Source: Eledone cirrhosa | Taxonomy: Eukaryota | Reading direction: 5' to 3' | Length of the DNA: 64,000 nucleotides | NCBI GenBank assembly: GCA_964016885.1 | Contig: OZ024741.1 | Coordinates: forward strand, 181,722,001 to 181,786,000 | In this document: one piece after another, positions 41,048 to 56,975 of the stretch | Layout of the letters: every line of letters begins with the position of its first letter | How positions within the stretch are numbered: position 1 is the first letter of the stretch | Notes under the pieces: model-generated | The model's database searches: none | What the model was told of the DNA's origin: nothing | The model's input: the letters and a program-made list of their open reading frames with translations, nothing else | Program-made: the position numbers and the translations under genes

Positions 41048-44000
41048 ATGGCTGTATTGAGAGTGGATTCTCTAAATGCGCGGGGTCTGGGCTCATATTG
41101 GAAGCAAGCAAAACTTCTAAATGACCTCAGGTCACGCTGTATAAATGTGATGGTCATTTGCGAGGCCCGGATCAGCAGCGTGCGCCAGCTAGCCCCCACC
41201 TTTGACGACTTTGAAATGCACGCATCTCTCTGTCAGCCCGGAGGTGGGGTGGGGTTGTCGTTCTGCTGCAAAAACATCTGGGTCTCTCCGCACAGACGGT
41301 AAATCTGGACCAGGACCGTCGACTGGTGGTTTTAGACGTTGGCAGTGGTGAAGGCGGAGCCTTTAGGCTGGTCGCCGCCTACGCCCCTTTTGGGTCAGCG
41401 CGGCCGGACTTCTTTCAACGTCTAGGGACGTCCCGCTCCTTGCGTTTAGTGGGGGACTGGAATGGTATCCTAGATGCACATTGGGACTATGTAGGGGCAT
41501 GTCTCGATAGAGGGGGTGTAACAGCCTCAAGGAGTGAATCGGCCGATTTGAGCTGGCCGATAGATATCGACTAGATTTTCCGACTACGCCAACCTGGACT
41601 TGAGCAAACCGCAGCGGATCATCTAGGTCGTACCTAGATAGGGTCCTAGTTAGAAATAACGATAGGGACCTTTTAAGCTGTCCAGAGATGCTCATGCTTG
41701 GCTATTCGGATCACAAATTAGTGACCTGCATACTCAACCTTGATAGAACGCATAGACAGGGACCCGGTTACTGGAAACTGAACTTGTCCTTACCGGCAAG
41801 TAAAGTGTACAGGGACCGGATTAGTACTTTAGTTAAGGAGCGGTTGACGGGAGCGATCGTCAACAGCAGGTGGTGGGGTTCTCTCAAAAGAGAGATTAGA
41901 GTAGTTTCAATAGCATTTAGTAAGGAGTTAGCCTCAGATAGAAATAGGAAGGAAAGGGAGTTGTTAGATAGTGTAGAAGAGGCAATTAGAAGCGGTGACG
42001 TGGCCAGTGTGTTAGCGTCGAGAACGGCTTTGGGCCAGTTCTTCGACGCGAAACACGAAGGCTGCATTGTCCGAAGCAAAATACGTGCTCTAGGAAACGA
42101 GGGGACCAAAGCTGTTAGCCGGGCCCGCGTGACAGAAGCCAAAAGAGGGATTAGATCCACTATCCGGTCTTTGCGAGACCAGGATGGACGGGTGATCCTT
42201 GAACCTAAGCAGATGTGTGAGGCCTTTCAAAGCACTTTGTCCGAGTGTTCGGGAGAGGGGAGGGCGGATAGAGATGTGGACTTCGGTCCATAACTCGACG
42301 GCCTGTCGCGTCTTTCGGACGAGGAGGCGAAGTCCTGCGAGGGGCCGATTTCAGCTGCTGAAATAGGGGACGTGCTGAGCCAATGCGGCAAACGCAAATC
42401 CCCGGGTCTCGATGGTCTTCCATACGAACTATATCTAGCTATGCCGGACTTGTTCCCCGATCTCCTGCAACTGGCAACATAACGGGAGAATTCCCTTTTC
42501 TGTGACCAAGGGCATAGTCTCGCTAGTGAGGAAGGACGAGAACAAGGGGGACGAAATAAGTAATTTCAGGCCCATAACTCTGCTAAATGCAGAGTTAAAA
42601 ATTTTGGCCAAGGTGTTAGCAAAGAGGTTGGCGCTTGTCGTGGGAAACCTGGTGTGAGATGCGCAGACATGTGCTATCCCGTCCAGGTCCATCCACGACA
42701 ACCTCAACCTTATGCGATACATCATAGAGAGAGTTGGGAACGAACCCGGCTTTGGTGGTGCCCTGATCAACTTGGATCAATCTAAGGCGTTCGATAGGGT
42801 CGACCATGGTTACCTGGATGCGGTGCTAACGGCGGCAGGTTTCGGACCCGTTTTCAGGGGCTGGATCACTGCCATGCACAGAGGCCGCATCTGCTCTAGA
42901 GTCAAGGTGAACGGCTACCTCTCAGAGCCGTTCGAAATCACGCGGTCCATCCGACAGGGGTGCCCTCTCTCCTCCGTTCTGTATGTATTGGCCTTCGAGC
43001 CACTGCTGTGGAAGTTGGAGATGTTGCAGGGCATCCCTTTGGAACCGGGATTTCGGAAAGCGGTGTCGGCCTACGCCGATGACGTCAACCGCCTCGGAAA
43101 TCGGAGTGATCGGCACCTTACTGGAGGAGTACGAAAGTTTTACAGGGGCTAAGCTGAAATGGGACAAGTCGATCGGTTTGCAACTCGGCACCTGGAGGGG
43201 CAAACCGATACCCTCCGATGGCGTCGTCGGACACTGGACGGAGCGCCCGATGAAGTTGCTCGGGGTTTGGTTCGACCAGCCCTCCAGGTGGAGAAGAACT
43301 GGGGTGAGGTATCGAACAGAGTGTTTGCGCTGACGCAGAAGTGGGCTGAGTGCAAACTATCCCTGAAAGGTCGGGCGGAGGTGGCGAACGCTTATATAGC
43401 GTCCGTCATCTATTACCGCCTGACCGTCGTACCTTGCCCAAGGGAAACGCTCACCAAAATGGAGCGCGCACTCTTCCAATTCCTTTGGAAGAAGCGGGCT
43501 CCTTTGGTGAGGAGATCGATCTGCTGTCAACACCCCTCGAAAGGAGGGCTGGGGATGCCGTGGCTGCTGATGCGTAAACACGCATTAACGCTACAGCACC
43601 TCCAGGTATTCCTCACCGGTCAACAGGTGTGGGCCCCGTTTGTGAGGTGAGCCTTTCCGAGACTCGTCTCGCTCACCGAGCTGCAGTCCTGGGTCAAGCA
43701 AGGACCGAGAATACTGGGCGCCTGGCACACCGAGTGTGCCCAGGCGCTCACGGCTCTCTGGCAGGCGGACCCAGCTATCGGTGGAGACTCCACCTCGTCA
43801 TTCTATAGAGGGCTGGTGATTAGTAGGTGCGACGACGCCTTCGAACAAGCCCTAGGCATGGAGGAAGACGAACTGGCCTGCCTATTCGGGAGGACATTTG
43901 GCCCGGGACCTATTGGCAACTTTCAGAAGTCCCTGGCCTGGCAGTGCTACCGAGGGGCGCTGCCCGTTCGAGAAAAGCTCTACAGACACGGGCGCCCGGG

Positions 44001-44439
44001 TAGAGACCCCTCGAAAAAAATCTGTCCCAGATGCGTGCGCGACGAGGAAACCGTTGCGCACGCATTGGTACACTGCTCGGACGTTGCCGATCTGTGGAGC
44101 TATGTCGAACGACTGCTGTCACGGGTGGGACCAATCCGGTTGACCACTGAGTCCATTGTAACGATCAAGCCGCCCCCCCCCTTCAAAAATGAAGGAGAGG
44201 CGGTCTTCCTCTGTGTAATAGCCATGGTGAAAGAGGTGGTATGGTGGACACGTTTGAAAGGGCTGAGGTCGGACACCTTTCTTTCCGGCCAACAGCTGGT
44301 CCTTTTCTTTAAATTCCATTTTAAGAGAAGGATCAGAATGGAGAGAGAGGTGCTCTACCCCAGCAAGTTTTATGAAAGGTGGGTGAAAATAGCGAGAATG
44401 GCCTATGTGAATGGGCCTTCTCTCTTTACCAGCCTGTAG
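41048..44439 (+). pseudogene. LINE ORF2 (APE endonuclease, reverse transcriptase, zinc finger), disrupted
   Basis: SLNARGL, GDWN, SDH; SPGLDGLP, NFRPITLLN, DQSKAFDRVDH, RQGCPLS, AYADD; CPRC..ETVAHALVHC. Confidence 0.9.
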
Positions 44440-44794
44440 GTGGAAAGGTGGAAGTACAAAGGAGCACCCCCTCTCTGTGGTCCTAAGGAAAAGGGTTGCA
44501 CACTTTTTCGGGGGGGGGGGGGTAACCCCCAAAACGCCTCCTCCCTATTGAGGACTGTATTGTTAATTTTATATTTGTTATATTTTTTTTACTCGCTTTA
44601 TGTAAACTCCCCCCTTGTATTTGTCCCCTTCTTTTGTGCCCTCGTGTCAAATAAATAGAAACTTATCTATCTATCTATCGATTTATTTTTAAATTGCATT
44701 TGTGATAGTATTTTACACGTTTTTATTGTATATAAACTTCCCCCCTTTGTATTTGTCTCCTTCTTTTGTGCCCCTGTGGCTAATAAAGAAACAT

Positions 44795-45105
44795 ATCTAT
44801 CTATCTACCTACCTACCCCCTATCTATCTCCCTGCCAACCCACCTACCTGCCTATCTAACTCCCCCTCTATCTATCTATCTATCTATTTACCTACCTACC
44901 TACCTACCTACCTGCCTACCTACCTACCTACCTACCTAGCTACCTACCTAGCTAGCTACCTACCTACCTACCTACCTAGCTAACTACCTACCTACCTACC
45001 TACATACATACATACAAGCACACATACATACATATCTACCTACCTGCCTACCTACCCATCTATCTACATATCAATCTATTTATCTACCTACCTATCTGTG
45101 TGTCT
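44795..45105. repeat. (TCTA)n/(TACC)n microsatellite
   Basis: Direct reading. It continues the 38768-38900 tract on the other side of the LINE. Confidence 0.9.
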
Positions 45106-45139
45106 GCCTGTCTGTCCATCTATCCATTTTTGTACCTCT

Positions 45140-46090
45140 CTATCAGATAGAAGTTCAGTTTTCGTGTACAATAATGAGACAACGAGGAGGGGTATGTAAT
45201 GGTCCCAGTTTTGTTTGCTATTTACTTTTCTCTGGTGTTAGTGCATGCCTCCAAGTACTATAATAATGGTGTTTTGTTTGAATTTAAAGATCAGGTGGAC
45301 TCTTCAATCACCAAAGATTTAAAGCAAAAACTAACCCTTTCTAGGACGAACGTTCTTTTAGACTTCTTGTTTGAAGATATGCGGCTGAAGTAACTAATTC
45401 TTTCCGGAAGCACAAAAAGTCATAACATGCTTTTCCTCTGCGGCAAAAGTGTTTTGGCCTAAACATAAGTGTGAAAAAGACAAAACATAAGTGTGAAAAA
45501 GACAAAATGCTACCCAGGTCCCAATACAGTGCACCATCACGTCAAATGTTGTGTTCAACAAGCCTCTAAATACTTAGGAATTAAAACCTATTCTAACTCT
45601 TCTTTAGACAATGAAATAGTAAATAGTATGGAATGAGAGAGGGTTCAGTTTGAAAACCCAAATCTCAGTTTACCAAGCAGGTGTCTCAAAATTGCTTTAC
45701 GTATGAATCTGAATCTTGGACACCATTTAGGAATCATATCATACAGCTAGATGTTTTCCACAAGAGATGTCTTTGAAATATCTCTGCTTTCACATGGAAG
45801 AACAAAGTCTCTAATGAACAGATTGTTCATAAATGCGAGATAAAAAGCATAGAGGCCTTCTTATTGCAGTCTCAATTAGGATAGTATGGCCATGTTGCTA
45901 AGGTGGATAAAGAGAAAATGCCGAAAATTGGCAACTTCATGTGGGAGTGTAAAACGTACGAATACCTCATCTTAGATATAAGGATAAGCTAAAGGATAAT
46001 ATCAAACATATTGGAATACAAGCATAATAATTTAAGGACTTTACACCTGACCGAAATAGGTGGAGGAATACCTCTCAAAATACCACCTGG
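45140..46090 (+). mobile_element. Degraded RTE-clade LINE RT/C-terminal fragment
   Basis: GYVMVPVLFAIYFS, FTWKNKVSNEQI, GHVAKVDKEKMPK, HLRYKDKLKDNIK. Confidence 0.65.
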
Positions 46091-46324
46091 AGTCAACTCA
46101 ATGACTTAGGACCTAGGTAATCTAAGATAAGGTAAAAAAAATTCAGTTTCATTTTCGATGATTTGTGTGAATGATGCGGTCTAATTTGCAAAAAACAAAG
46201 CACTTTTAGTGTCTCACAGAAGACTCAGATATTAACGCACATTACACACTCTTTATACTCCACATTTTAGTATTGATTCATTCGAAGGAAATCATCAAAA
46301 AAGTCCTGTAGAAGCCATTTCTAT

Positions 46325-47023
<699 letters not shown>

Positions 47024-47030
47024 TATATAC

Positions 47031-47085
<55 letters not shown>

Positions 47086-47114
47086 TAAATATATATATAT
47101 ATACATATATATAC

Positions 47115-47211
<97 letters not shown>

Positions 47212-47212
47212 C

Positions 47213-47255
<43 letters not shown>

Positions 47256-47282
47256 TAAATATATATATATACATATATATAC

Positions 47283-47383
<101 letters not shown>

Positions 47384-47384
47384 C

Positions 47385-47453
<69 letters not shown>

Positions 47454-47464
47454 AATATATATAT

Positions 47465-48229
<765 letters not shown>

Positions 48230-48232
48230 TAT

Positions 48233-48314
<82 letters not shown>

Positions 48315-49188
48315 GAAAGTAGAGAAATTAATGTAAGCCAAAAGCCTACAATAATTAGACATATAAGTGACTATAAACATCAAGATGAAACATTTTTAAC
48401 GAAAGATATGGGATAAGTAATACTATCTTAATTCAATAAAATAAAGAAAAAATACTTAACCTTCAATTTGGGAAAACTACAAATGCACTATATAGACTTA
48501 AAAGACTATTTCACGAAACCTTTCAGTGGGGTTAGTCATGGTTAGGGTCGGTCATCAGTAGTGCTCAAATACGTTGTCTAACCATCGCTACAATGTCGGG
48601 GTGAAATGGAAGCAAGCAAGCAAACATCGTGTAGAATATTGAAATAACAAAAACACACGTGGACACTCGCTATTAATGCCGGGATGAGACGAAAATCTGT
48701 TTATAAGAAACAGCAGTCAAAACATTCCGAAAAATCTCAACAAAGATATGGATTTCAGCCTAAGCAATATTATCGCAGTTTTTTTTAAATAAAAACTGGG
48801 ATTAGTCACAAATATTAATAAGCACTGAAGGAAGGCTTCGAGTAAAATATGTAAATGAAAGTAGAGAAATTAATGTAAGCAAAAAGCCTATATATATATA
48901 TTCTCATAAGCAAATAGCCTATATATATATATATTCTCATTTTCTATAGCTTTTAGAGAGATCTATATGTAGAATGCTCATCCACTTGCGTTAATTTTAC
49001 AAGCAGGATTTTCCGCTGACTAAATAACAGGAACACTCGCCAATGGAAACGAAATATGCATAACGCACAACATATATGTAATATGTATTTTGGTTGCTGA
49101 TATTTCAGATTCTCGGCAGCAACGGCTATTATATTTAATGAAGTTTTGTGACTTATGCTTGTTAATATGTAAAAGAAATGGTGCCCAA

Positions 49189-49538
49189 TGAGTGTTACAT
49201 GTATTGTATCCCACCATCAGTCAATGTTTGTTGTTATTTCTATATTTATATATCTAAAAACCTGCATTAACACACACAGACGCGCGCGCACACACATACA
49301 TACATACACACATGCACACATACATACACACATATATACAGGATATCCAAAAAAATGTATACATTTTTTTGGATACATTTTTTTGGATATCCTGTATATA
49401 TGTATGTATGTGTGCATGTGTGTATGTATGTATGTGTGTGTGTGTGTGTGTGTGTGTTAATGCAGGTTTTTAGATATATAAATATAGAAATAACAACAAA
49501 CATTGACTGATGGTGGGATACAATACATGTAACACTCA
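49189..49538. repeat. Inverted duplication centred on a tiny Tc1-like TIR pair
   Basis: Outer arms of about 85 bp are identical. Core tacaggatatccaaaaaaatgtat..atacatttttttggatatcctgta. Confidence 0.75.
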
Positions 49539-49774
49539 GCCATTATTTTTTTTTTTTTTTTTAATTTTCGAAAGTAAAATGTTCAAATATTGTTCATATA
49601 TTTGGGCCTTTTGGCCCAGATATTATACTTTCCCCTTCACAGGGCAAAGTCCAAGGGCTTATATCCCTTACACAACAAGAAAATTTAACAACAAATAATT
49701 ATAACAGCTAAATAAAGTGACTTACTGGGAGCGAGTAAAAAAACATGTCCAAACAGACCAATAATAATAATAAT

Positions 49775-50121
49775 AACTAACAGAATGGCCCGGCGTTGCT
49801 CAGGATTTGCTCTAGGGTTCTTATATATTTGATATATATTTATCCTTATCGATTCTCGTGAAATAAATACGTTTGTTTATATTTTGTCATTGTGTATGCA
49901 AAAATATCTGTACACGAATATATATATATATATATATATAACAGTACAGAGAAGTACGGAATACCTCGGCCTCGGGATGGTGTCTACATTTTGTGCTTAT
50001 AAAAAAAATTCGTCATAGATTACCAGGTTTTTTTTTTCCGTGCGAAGAAAATCAATACTTTATCGCGAAATAAATACTTTTGTTTATATTTTGTCATTGT
50101 GTATGCACAAATATCTGTACA

Positions 50122-50187
<66 letters not shown>

Positions 50188-50909
50188 CGGTGATGAATTA
50201 GTTTTGCGAGGTTTTTGATATGAAATCGTGTGTCGAAACAAATATTGTTATACTTGGGGAGGGTCATATTTGTGTAATAATAACTCCAGAATCAATAACA
50301 GTGAGTGTGTTCTGATATTAATTCTGGCAATATTATTACACAAATATGACCCTCCCCAAGTATAACAATATATATATATATTAAAATAACAGATTGAAAT
50401 TTAAGCAAATAATCGCTGCTTTCATCCTTAACGGGATCTTCTGAAACTAAAATAAAAAATCAATCTGTGAACGCAGATGTAAATATTTCGAAAAACGTTG
50501 CAACCGAAGGAAAACAAGAAGACGATACTTTGGTTCGTGAAGATGTTCCCTGGCATAAGAATATATATATATATATATACTCACACTATATATAAAATAC
50601 ACACACACACACTGATCGAGTCATAATGGCGTAGTGCAGACAGTCAGGCATACAGAAAGATACTATAAGGGCGTGACGTTATATCTATGTATCTATCGAA
50701 AAAGAGAAAAACTAAGAATTATAGAGAGAGATCGCTAAATCGGCTAATGCAGTACGTAGATAATTGAAATTTTGAAATTCTTGCTCAAAACACGCACGAG
50801 ACCATAAGTATTACATGTGTAAAGGTTGAAAAAACTCGGTTGGGTGGTTCTCGAGTTTTAGTGATTGGACAGACAGACAGACAAACATTCTCTGTTTTAG
50901 TAATATAGA
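49775..50909 (-). mobile_element. Non-autonomous Helitron with nested PLE fragments
   Basis: Minus strand 5' a|TCTATATT..(GTCT)n; 3' hairpin cctgagcaacgccggg followed by TTAG|t (CTAG-like). Inserted in (TAA)n. Confidence 0.6.
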
Positions 50910-50911
50910 TA

Positions 50912-51115
50912 ATAATAATAATTGTTTCTACTTTTGGCACAAGGCCAGCAATTACCCAGTGTATTACTGGTACTTTATTTTATCGATCCCGTAAGGATGA
51001 AAGGCAAAGTTAACCTCGGCGGGATTTGAACTCAGAATGGAAAGGGTCGTAACTCTTTGCGTCAAAGCATGGCGTCCGACCCTCTACCGATACTGCCAAT
51101 CCACCGCCTTCATAG
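50912..51115 (-). mobile_element. Young full-length SINE
   Basis: Reverse complement of the 1458-1640 consensus, including the head ggcggtggattggcag. Confidence 0.85.
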
Positions 51116-51301
51116 ATAATAATAATAATAATAATAATTGTTTCTACTTTTGGTACAAGGCCAGCAATTACCCAGTACATTACTAATAATAATAGTAGTG
51201 AGTAAAATCGAAGTTGCAGCTGCGATTAGCATTTTTCGAAATCAATCCCCTCGGGTTTTTTCCAACGCACTCAATGAGGTGATATCGATAAATCGATAAA
51301 T

Positions 51302-51359
<58 letters not shown>

Positions 51360-51972
51360 GAGAGAGAGGGAGGTGGGGTGGTGGTGTTACAGACATGGAC
51401 ATACACAACAACATAACATCAATTATTGAAAACTCAATCACAAAAGTAAAAGTTAATTTGTTACGCTGTAATTCATGTTCGATAGAAAAGTTTCTATAGC
51501 TTTAAGAGAACTCACGTCTGTTGAGTTGATTGATATATCAAACAGATGAATGTTTACAAACGAAATCATATGCACGATATATCTACTCATTTAAAAAAGT
51601 CCATTGGCCAACGAACCCAATCTTTCATCTATGGCAGATGATATTTGGAAATCTCTTTTAACGTAGTATACGTAAGAATATATATATGTAATATTTATAG
51701 TGAAGAAAACATTGATATTTCGTGATGTAATGTAATAAGGTAGGTGTTGATAGATTGTCCTCTATATTAACTTCTCATAAGATACATTCTTTCCGACAAT
51801 CACACACCAACATGTGTCTATATAATTTTACGCATATCTTGATGTTTTCATATATAACTTTATTTCACCTCCACATACATTGAAATACATACACATACGA
51901 ATCTATATAATTGCATACACATATAGGTATATATATATACAGTATATATATATACATATATCTATATATATC

Positions 51973-52064
<92 letters not shown>

Positions 52065-52137
52065 GAACCTAAACATCGAGTGCTCACCCGGGTGAACCTA
52101 TAGTAACTCCAAGTTACACTCCCTATATATATATATA

Positions 52138-52867
52138 CGAGGAAGATTAATCAAATTATAAGGTATCTATTTTTGAAGTTCTAGTTAAACTGTATTTGGT
52201 TACCTACCTAGCTATGTGTGCTTGCACACTTTTACAAATTATCCCCTGTGATTGTTTCATATGTTTAATTATATGTCAATCAATTTCTAGTTGATATAAA
52301 ATGCTCGGATCTACTCATTAGAATCTTGGAGCATATTTTACGGGTGATATGGCGCATGTCTATCTGACATGACACCCTTAATTTATTTTGATTTAATTTA
52401 ATTTAATTCAATTTATCTTAATTTTGGATATATATAAATACGGCTCCTTAATTGTAGAGCTAACTCAGTTGAAAGGACTTGACTGCTGTTTCTAGTTGTC
52501 GATAACCCTATTCACGCCACTGGTACGAAGCTGGTATGATGTGTCTATTTTTAGTGGATACAGCACGTGTTACTGGCCAGTCGCTGATTTGAACTTGATG
52601 CGTAAACACAGATCGCTGGATCTCTTCCTTGTTGAAAATCCAGGACCTGGCTACTGTCGTTTGCCAATCGATTAATTGGTGAAATATATTTCTTTAATGG
52701 AATATATGCGAGGAAGATCAATCAAATTATAAGGTATCTATTTTTGAAGTTCTAGTTAAACTTTATTTAGTTACCTACCTAGCTATGTGTGCTTGCACAC
52801 TTTTACAAATTATCCCCTGTGATTATTTCATATGTTTAATTATATGTCAATCAATTTCTAGTTGATA
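52138..52867. mobile_element. Partial-tandem non-coding mini-element (about 571-bp unit)
   Basis: 52138-52297 repeats at 52709-52867; flanked by (TA)n. Related fragments at 34600-34772. Confidence 0.6.
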
Positions 52868-53324
52868 TATATATATATATATAAAGGTTTACATATACAT
52901 ACATTTATATATGTTACAACCGGTCACTTTTTAGCTCTATGAAGAATTAATAAATTAAATACTCAGAGCAATATATTATTATAAATCATGTCTACAGAAT
53001 TATTAGATAATAATTCTGTAGACATGATTTATAATAATATATATATGTATATATATATATATAGCGGCGATGAATTAGTTTTACGAGGTTTTTTATATGA
53101 AATCGTGTGTCGAAACAAATATTGTTATACTTGGGGAGGGTCATATTTGTGTAATATTGCCAGAATTAATAACAGAACACACTCACTGTTTGGTTGGTTT
53201 TCGCTTCTCGCTGTCTTTTATATCGGTAATCTAACTTACTCGGTCTTCAATGTTGCCATTGACTGACCGACGGTCAAAAATAATACAGATACAATATAGA
53301 CACAAACACATATATATATAGTTT

Positions 53325-53367
53325 ATCATAAATCTTTCGTTGCACATCTGCAACATCGTCAGTGGTG
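53325..53367 (-). ncRNA. Minimal hammerhead motif in the PLE 3' region (slightly mutated)
   Basis: cacca-CTGACGA-t-gttgca-gatg-tgcaac-GAAA-gatt-TA-tgat. Confidence 0.6.
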
Positions 53368-53598
53368 TTATATTTTCCTCCTGTTGTGTTGTATGTCTAC
53401 GCCATTTTTTATTCAGTGTGTCTATATATTTATTTATTTATTTGCTTGTTTGTTTATTTTATTTTGTCTTCTTTGCGCATGCGTTTGCGTGTGTGTATAG
53501 TGTTATGTTTGATGTGTGATGGGTGACTAGTATGTGTTTATGTGCTTGTTGTTATTGTGCTTGTGTATGTATTTATTTATCTTATTTTATTTACTTAT

Positions 53599-56500
53599 TT
53601 ATACTTCTCTTAGGTCAGTGTTGTTTGTTTGGGTGTTGTTGTTATTCCATTCATTCTTTCTGTTTAGCTTTGGTCTTCTAATTTCTATTTCACTGGCCTC
53701 TCTGATTTGCCTATCTGCTGGGTCATTTCTATGTTTAGATATTATTCTAATTTCTATGTTGTCTATGTTACCGCCATGTTGTTGTCTAGCATGTTCGTAT
53801 AGTACTGACCCGTTTTTTCGTCCTTTTAGTTCCCCCCAGTGTTGGTCTATCCTTTCACCTATGCTACGAGCTGTCTCACCTATGTATGTTGTTGTCATGT
53901 TTCTGCAAGTACCCTCTGTACATCTTATGCTATAGAATACGTTTCTAGTTTTACAGTTTATCCGGGGATTCACCTTACATATGATATTGGTACAGTGGGT
54001 TTTCTTAAAAGGGTAGGTTTTGCTGATCAGGGATTTTATGGTGGTTCCTGGCTTTTCTACCACCTTTATTTTTAAGTGGGTCTTTCTCAGGGTCTTTCTA
54101 CACTGGTTAGCTAATTTCCCTCCAGGGGTGGCGTCCACAAACATGACACTCTGGTATCTCTGGTTGTCGTACCATGATGTGGCTTTCCCTATCTTATGTC
54201 TAGCCCTATCTAAGCTATTCCACGATTTGCTCCTGTATAATGGGCAAATTCCTTTCATGTCCAGTTCTATGAGGGTCTTATACTTTTCCATGGCTCCTTC
54301 GTATAATCTGACTCTGTCTCTTTGGTTGTAACCAGAGAACTGCATGCGGTTGATGAAGTGTTGGATGTGTCTTTCCATTTCTGTTGGGTCGCACATGCGG
54401 GACACATTCTTCATCACTCGTACCAAATCTGCGATTAGAATATTAAACTTAGCACTACTGGACATTGCTGAGCTTTTGAGTATCAGGTATTTGGAGGCCA
54501 TGGGTTTAGCATAGTGTGAGTAGAGAATTTGGGCTCTCTCGTCTATAGTGTTAATCCAGAGTTCTGTGTCTAATACAGGTAGTCTATTGTTAGGGTGTTT
54601 GGAAGGGAAGTCGATAGTTACAGTTATACTCTGGTGTATGGAATTAGCTATCTGCTGGATGCTTTCCATCGTGCTACGTTCTAAATCAAACTTGTTAGTG
54701 CTCTCTAGTGGGGGTGTTCTTATAACTATATTGATATCGTCTACATAACGAGAGTACATGATGAGGTCTATGGAGCTTTCATTAAGGAGATCTTTAAGTC
54801 TCCTTTCCCACCATACCATGAAAAGGTTGGCAACATCACCAGCCATGCTGACGCCGATGGCTGCTCCCTCATTTTGGGTGTAGATTTTCTCATTGAACTT
54901 AAATATGTGGCCCTTTAGGGTAGTTTTGATACTAGCCCCTATTGCATGTGCGACCATTTTTCTTACCTGATCATTGTTTTGGGGGGTCCGTATAGCTTTG
55001 GTCCACCCAATCCACCTTCCCATGGGAGTCTTTTTTGCAATTGAGGTTATGGTGGGGGGTCTACCTCTTATAGGTCTACTAGGGCAGAAACATCTAAGGT
55101 TATGGCTGTCTAGGTAGTCAGTGTCGTAGGTAAGTCTAAGTAGGAGGCCCAGTTCGTCTGTGTCGACGTCGCAGAACTCCACCTCACTCTCAATGATCAT
55201 CTCCACACATCTTTTCACAGCAAAATCAATGTTAATGGATGTGACACCACATCCATACTGCTTATTATGCAGTTGGATAGGCTCCTGTTTTTGTTGCAAT
55301 CACTGATTCTGCTGAGGAGGTCCTCTATACTGTCACATACATCTGGGGACATCTTGATTATGGGGCGTATAACCATTGAGAGGAAGTAGGAGATCCTGTA
55401 GTTGCTAGCTATATTAGCTCCGCATACGGGTCTTGTTGGTGGTCCTGTTGTCGGGTCGTCGACTGTCTTGTGGTCTTTGCGGAGCCCATACAAGGGTGGC
55501 ATGCCATTGTTAGACGCCTGGAAGTTGTTGGCAGTGCGTCTGCTTGGCTTTAGGATGTCAGTCCACATCATCATGTGAGCGTTGAGGATTTTTTCTCTCC
55601 CATCGTGTGTTTGTTGTGCAACTTCACCCGTGTTGGTGATGTGGGGTTGCATAGCCTCGATGTAGTTCGGCATGCTATCTATTGACATCCTACCAGACTT
55701 ATCCGTGGGTAGACACACTACCTCACCATCCCTTGTGCGCTGCTTGAGGCTAACCAAGCCTTCTACAGGTTTCCTCCCAAGTTGTTGGGCCTCTGGTCTG
55801 CTCTGTCTCTTAGTATACCTGTCTACTATTTGTCTAATCTTATTTCTAGCTATGGTGAACTTTGCCTCTGTCTCGTCATCTATTTGTTGTGGTATGCAAA
55901 CTCTTTTATTAAAGGGTAACCTCGTAGGATAGATATTACCCATCTTATATGTTTTGTCAGCTGGGTTGAAAAATAGTTTCTCTAAGGGGTTGTCATTATA
56001 TCTATCGTCATAGTTGTTTCTGTTGCTATTGTTGTTATCAGGGTGGTTGTTGTTGTTTCTATCATTAGCATTATTATTATTGTTATGATTGCTAGATGTA
56101 TTGTTGTTTACTTCACCGTTATTGTTGTTGTTGTTACTGTTATTTCTACCATTGTGGTTGTTACTTTTATTATGTTTCTTGTTTTTGTTGTGTCTATCAT
56201 TGATGTTGCTACATGTACTATTTCCATTATTAACACTGTGGTTATTGTTGTTCGTATTGTCACCGTTATTACTACTGTGGTCGCTGTTGCTGTGTCTGTG
56301 GTTAATGTTTCTATTATTATTATTATTGTGGTTGTTGTTGTTCTGTCTATCGCTAGTATTATTACCATTATCACTATTTCTCACTTTCCTGCTATTGTTA
56401 TAGTTATGGCTGTTATTTCTATACTCAGAGTTATTGTTTATATTACTACTACCGTTATTATTGTTGTTGTTGTTTACCTTTGCATTCCAACGTATTTTTG

Positions 56501-56975
56501 TGAAACACTTTTCCAGCTCTGTTTTGCACTCCATAGGGTTAATCTTTTTGTAGATGGCAAATCTTGGTGGTAGCCGCAGGATTTGTTGTTCTTGTTCACT
56601 GATTAAAGTGTTCCCATAGATATTTACTGTGTGGCCATTGGTAAATTCTTCCGGTAGTTTTACATCAGTCATACGGATATTGTCGATGTTATCTGGGTAT
56701 TTTTGAGAATATTCGATTTTCCTTTCTTGTAGTTTTTTCTTATTCATCCATTCTAATTTCTTATTGAAATGCCTATTGCATTCGTTTCGAGCGTATTTCG
56801 TTTCACGTCGGATGACGCTCATGAAGTTATCTCTCTCGTTTGCTGTGATGAGATTTCGGATTTCCTTACCGTTAATGCGTTTCTGTCTGTAGAGTGCGTT
56901 GACTTTTGTGTATGTTGTTTTTTTCATATTAACTGTTATTGTGTGTTTTAGTCGTTCGGCTTGTGTTTTGTTCAA
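53599..56975 (-). pseudogene. PLE polyprotein (RT plus GIY-YIG) split by one frameshift near 55243
   Basis: PTDKSG, PPLYGLRKDHK, RPVCG, SMDVVS/(LY)TSI, QNEGAAIG, RYVDD, LPVLD, NVFYSIRC..YIGETAR. Asn-rich insert at about 55990-56480. Confidence 0.9.

Larger units (their letters stand above)
38901..44660 (+). mobile_element. Near-full-length Tx1/L1-clade LINE, inactivated by stops and frameshifts
   Basis: ORF1 with CCHC knuckle and ORF2 with APE, RT and zinc-finger motifs. Both ends abut (TCTA)n. Confidence 0.9.

Noticed and set aside
52300-52710. Hammerhead within the 571-bp tandem unit
   Set aside because: Only loose fragments were found; no convincing fold.
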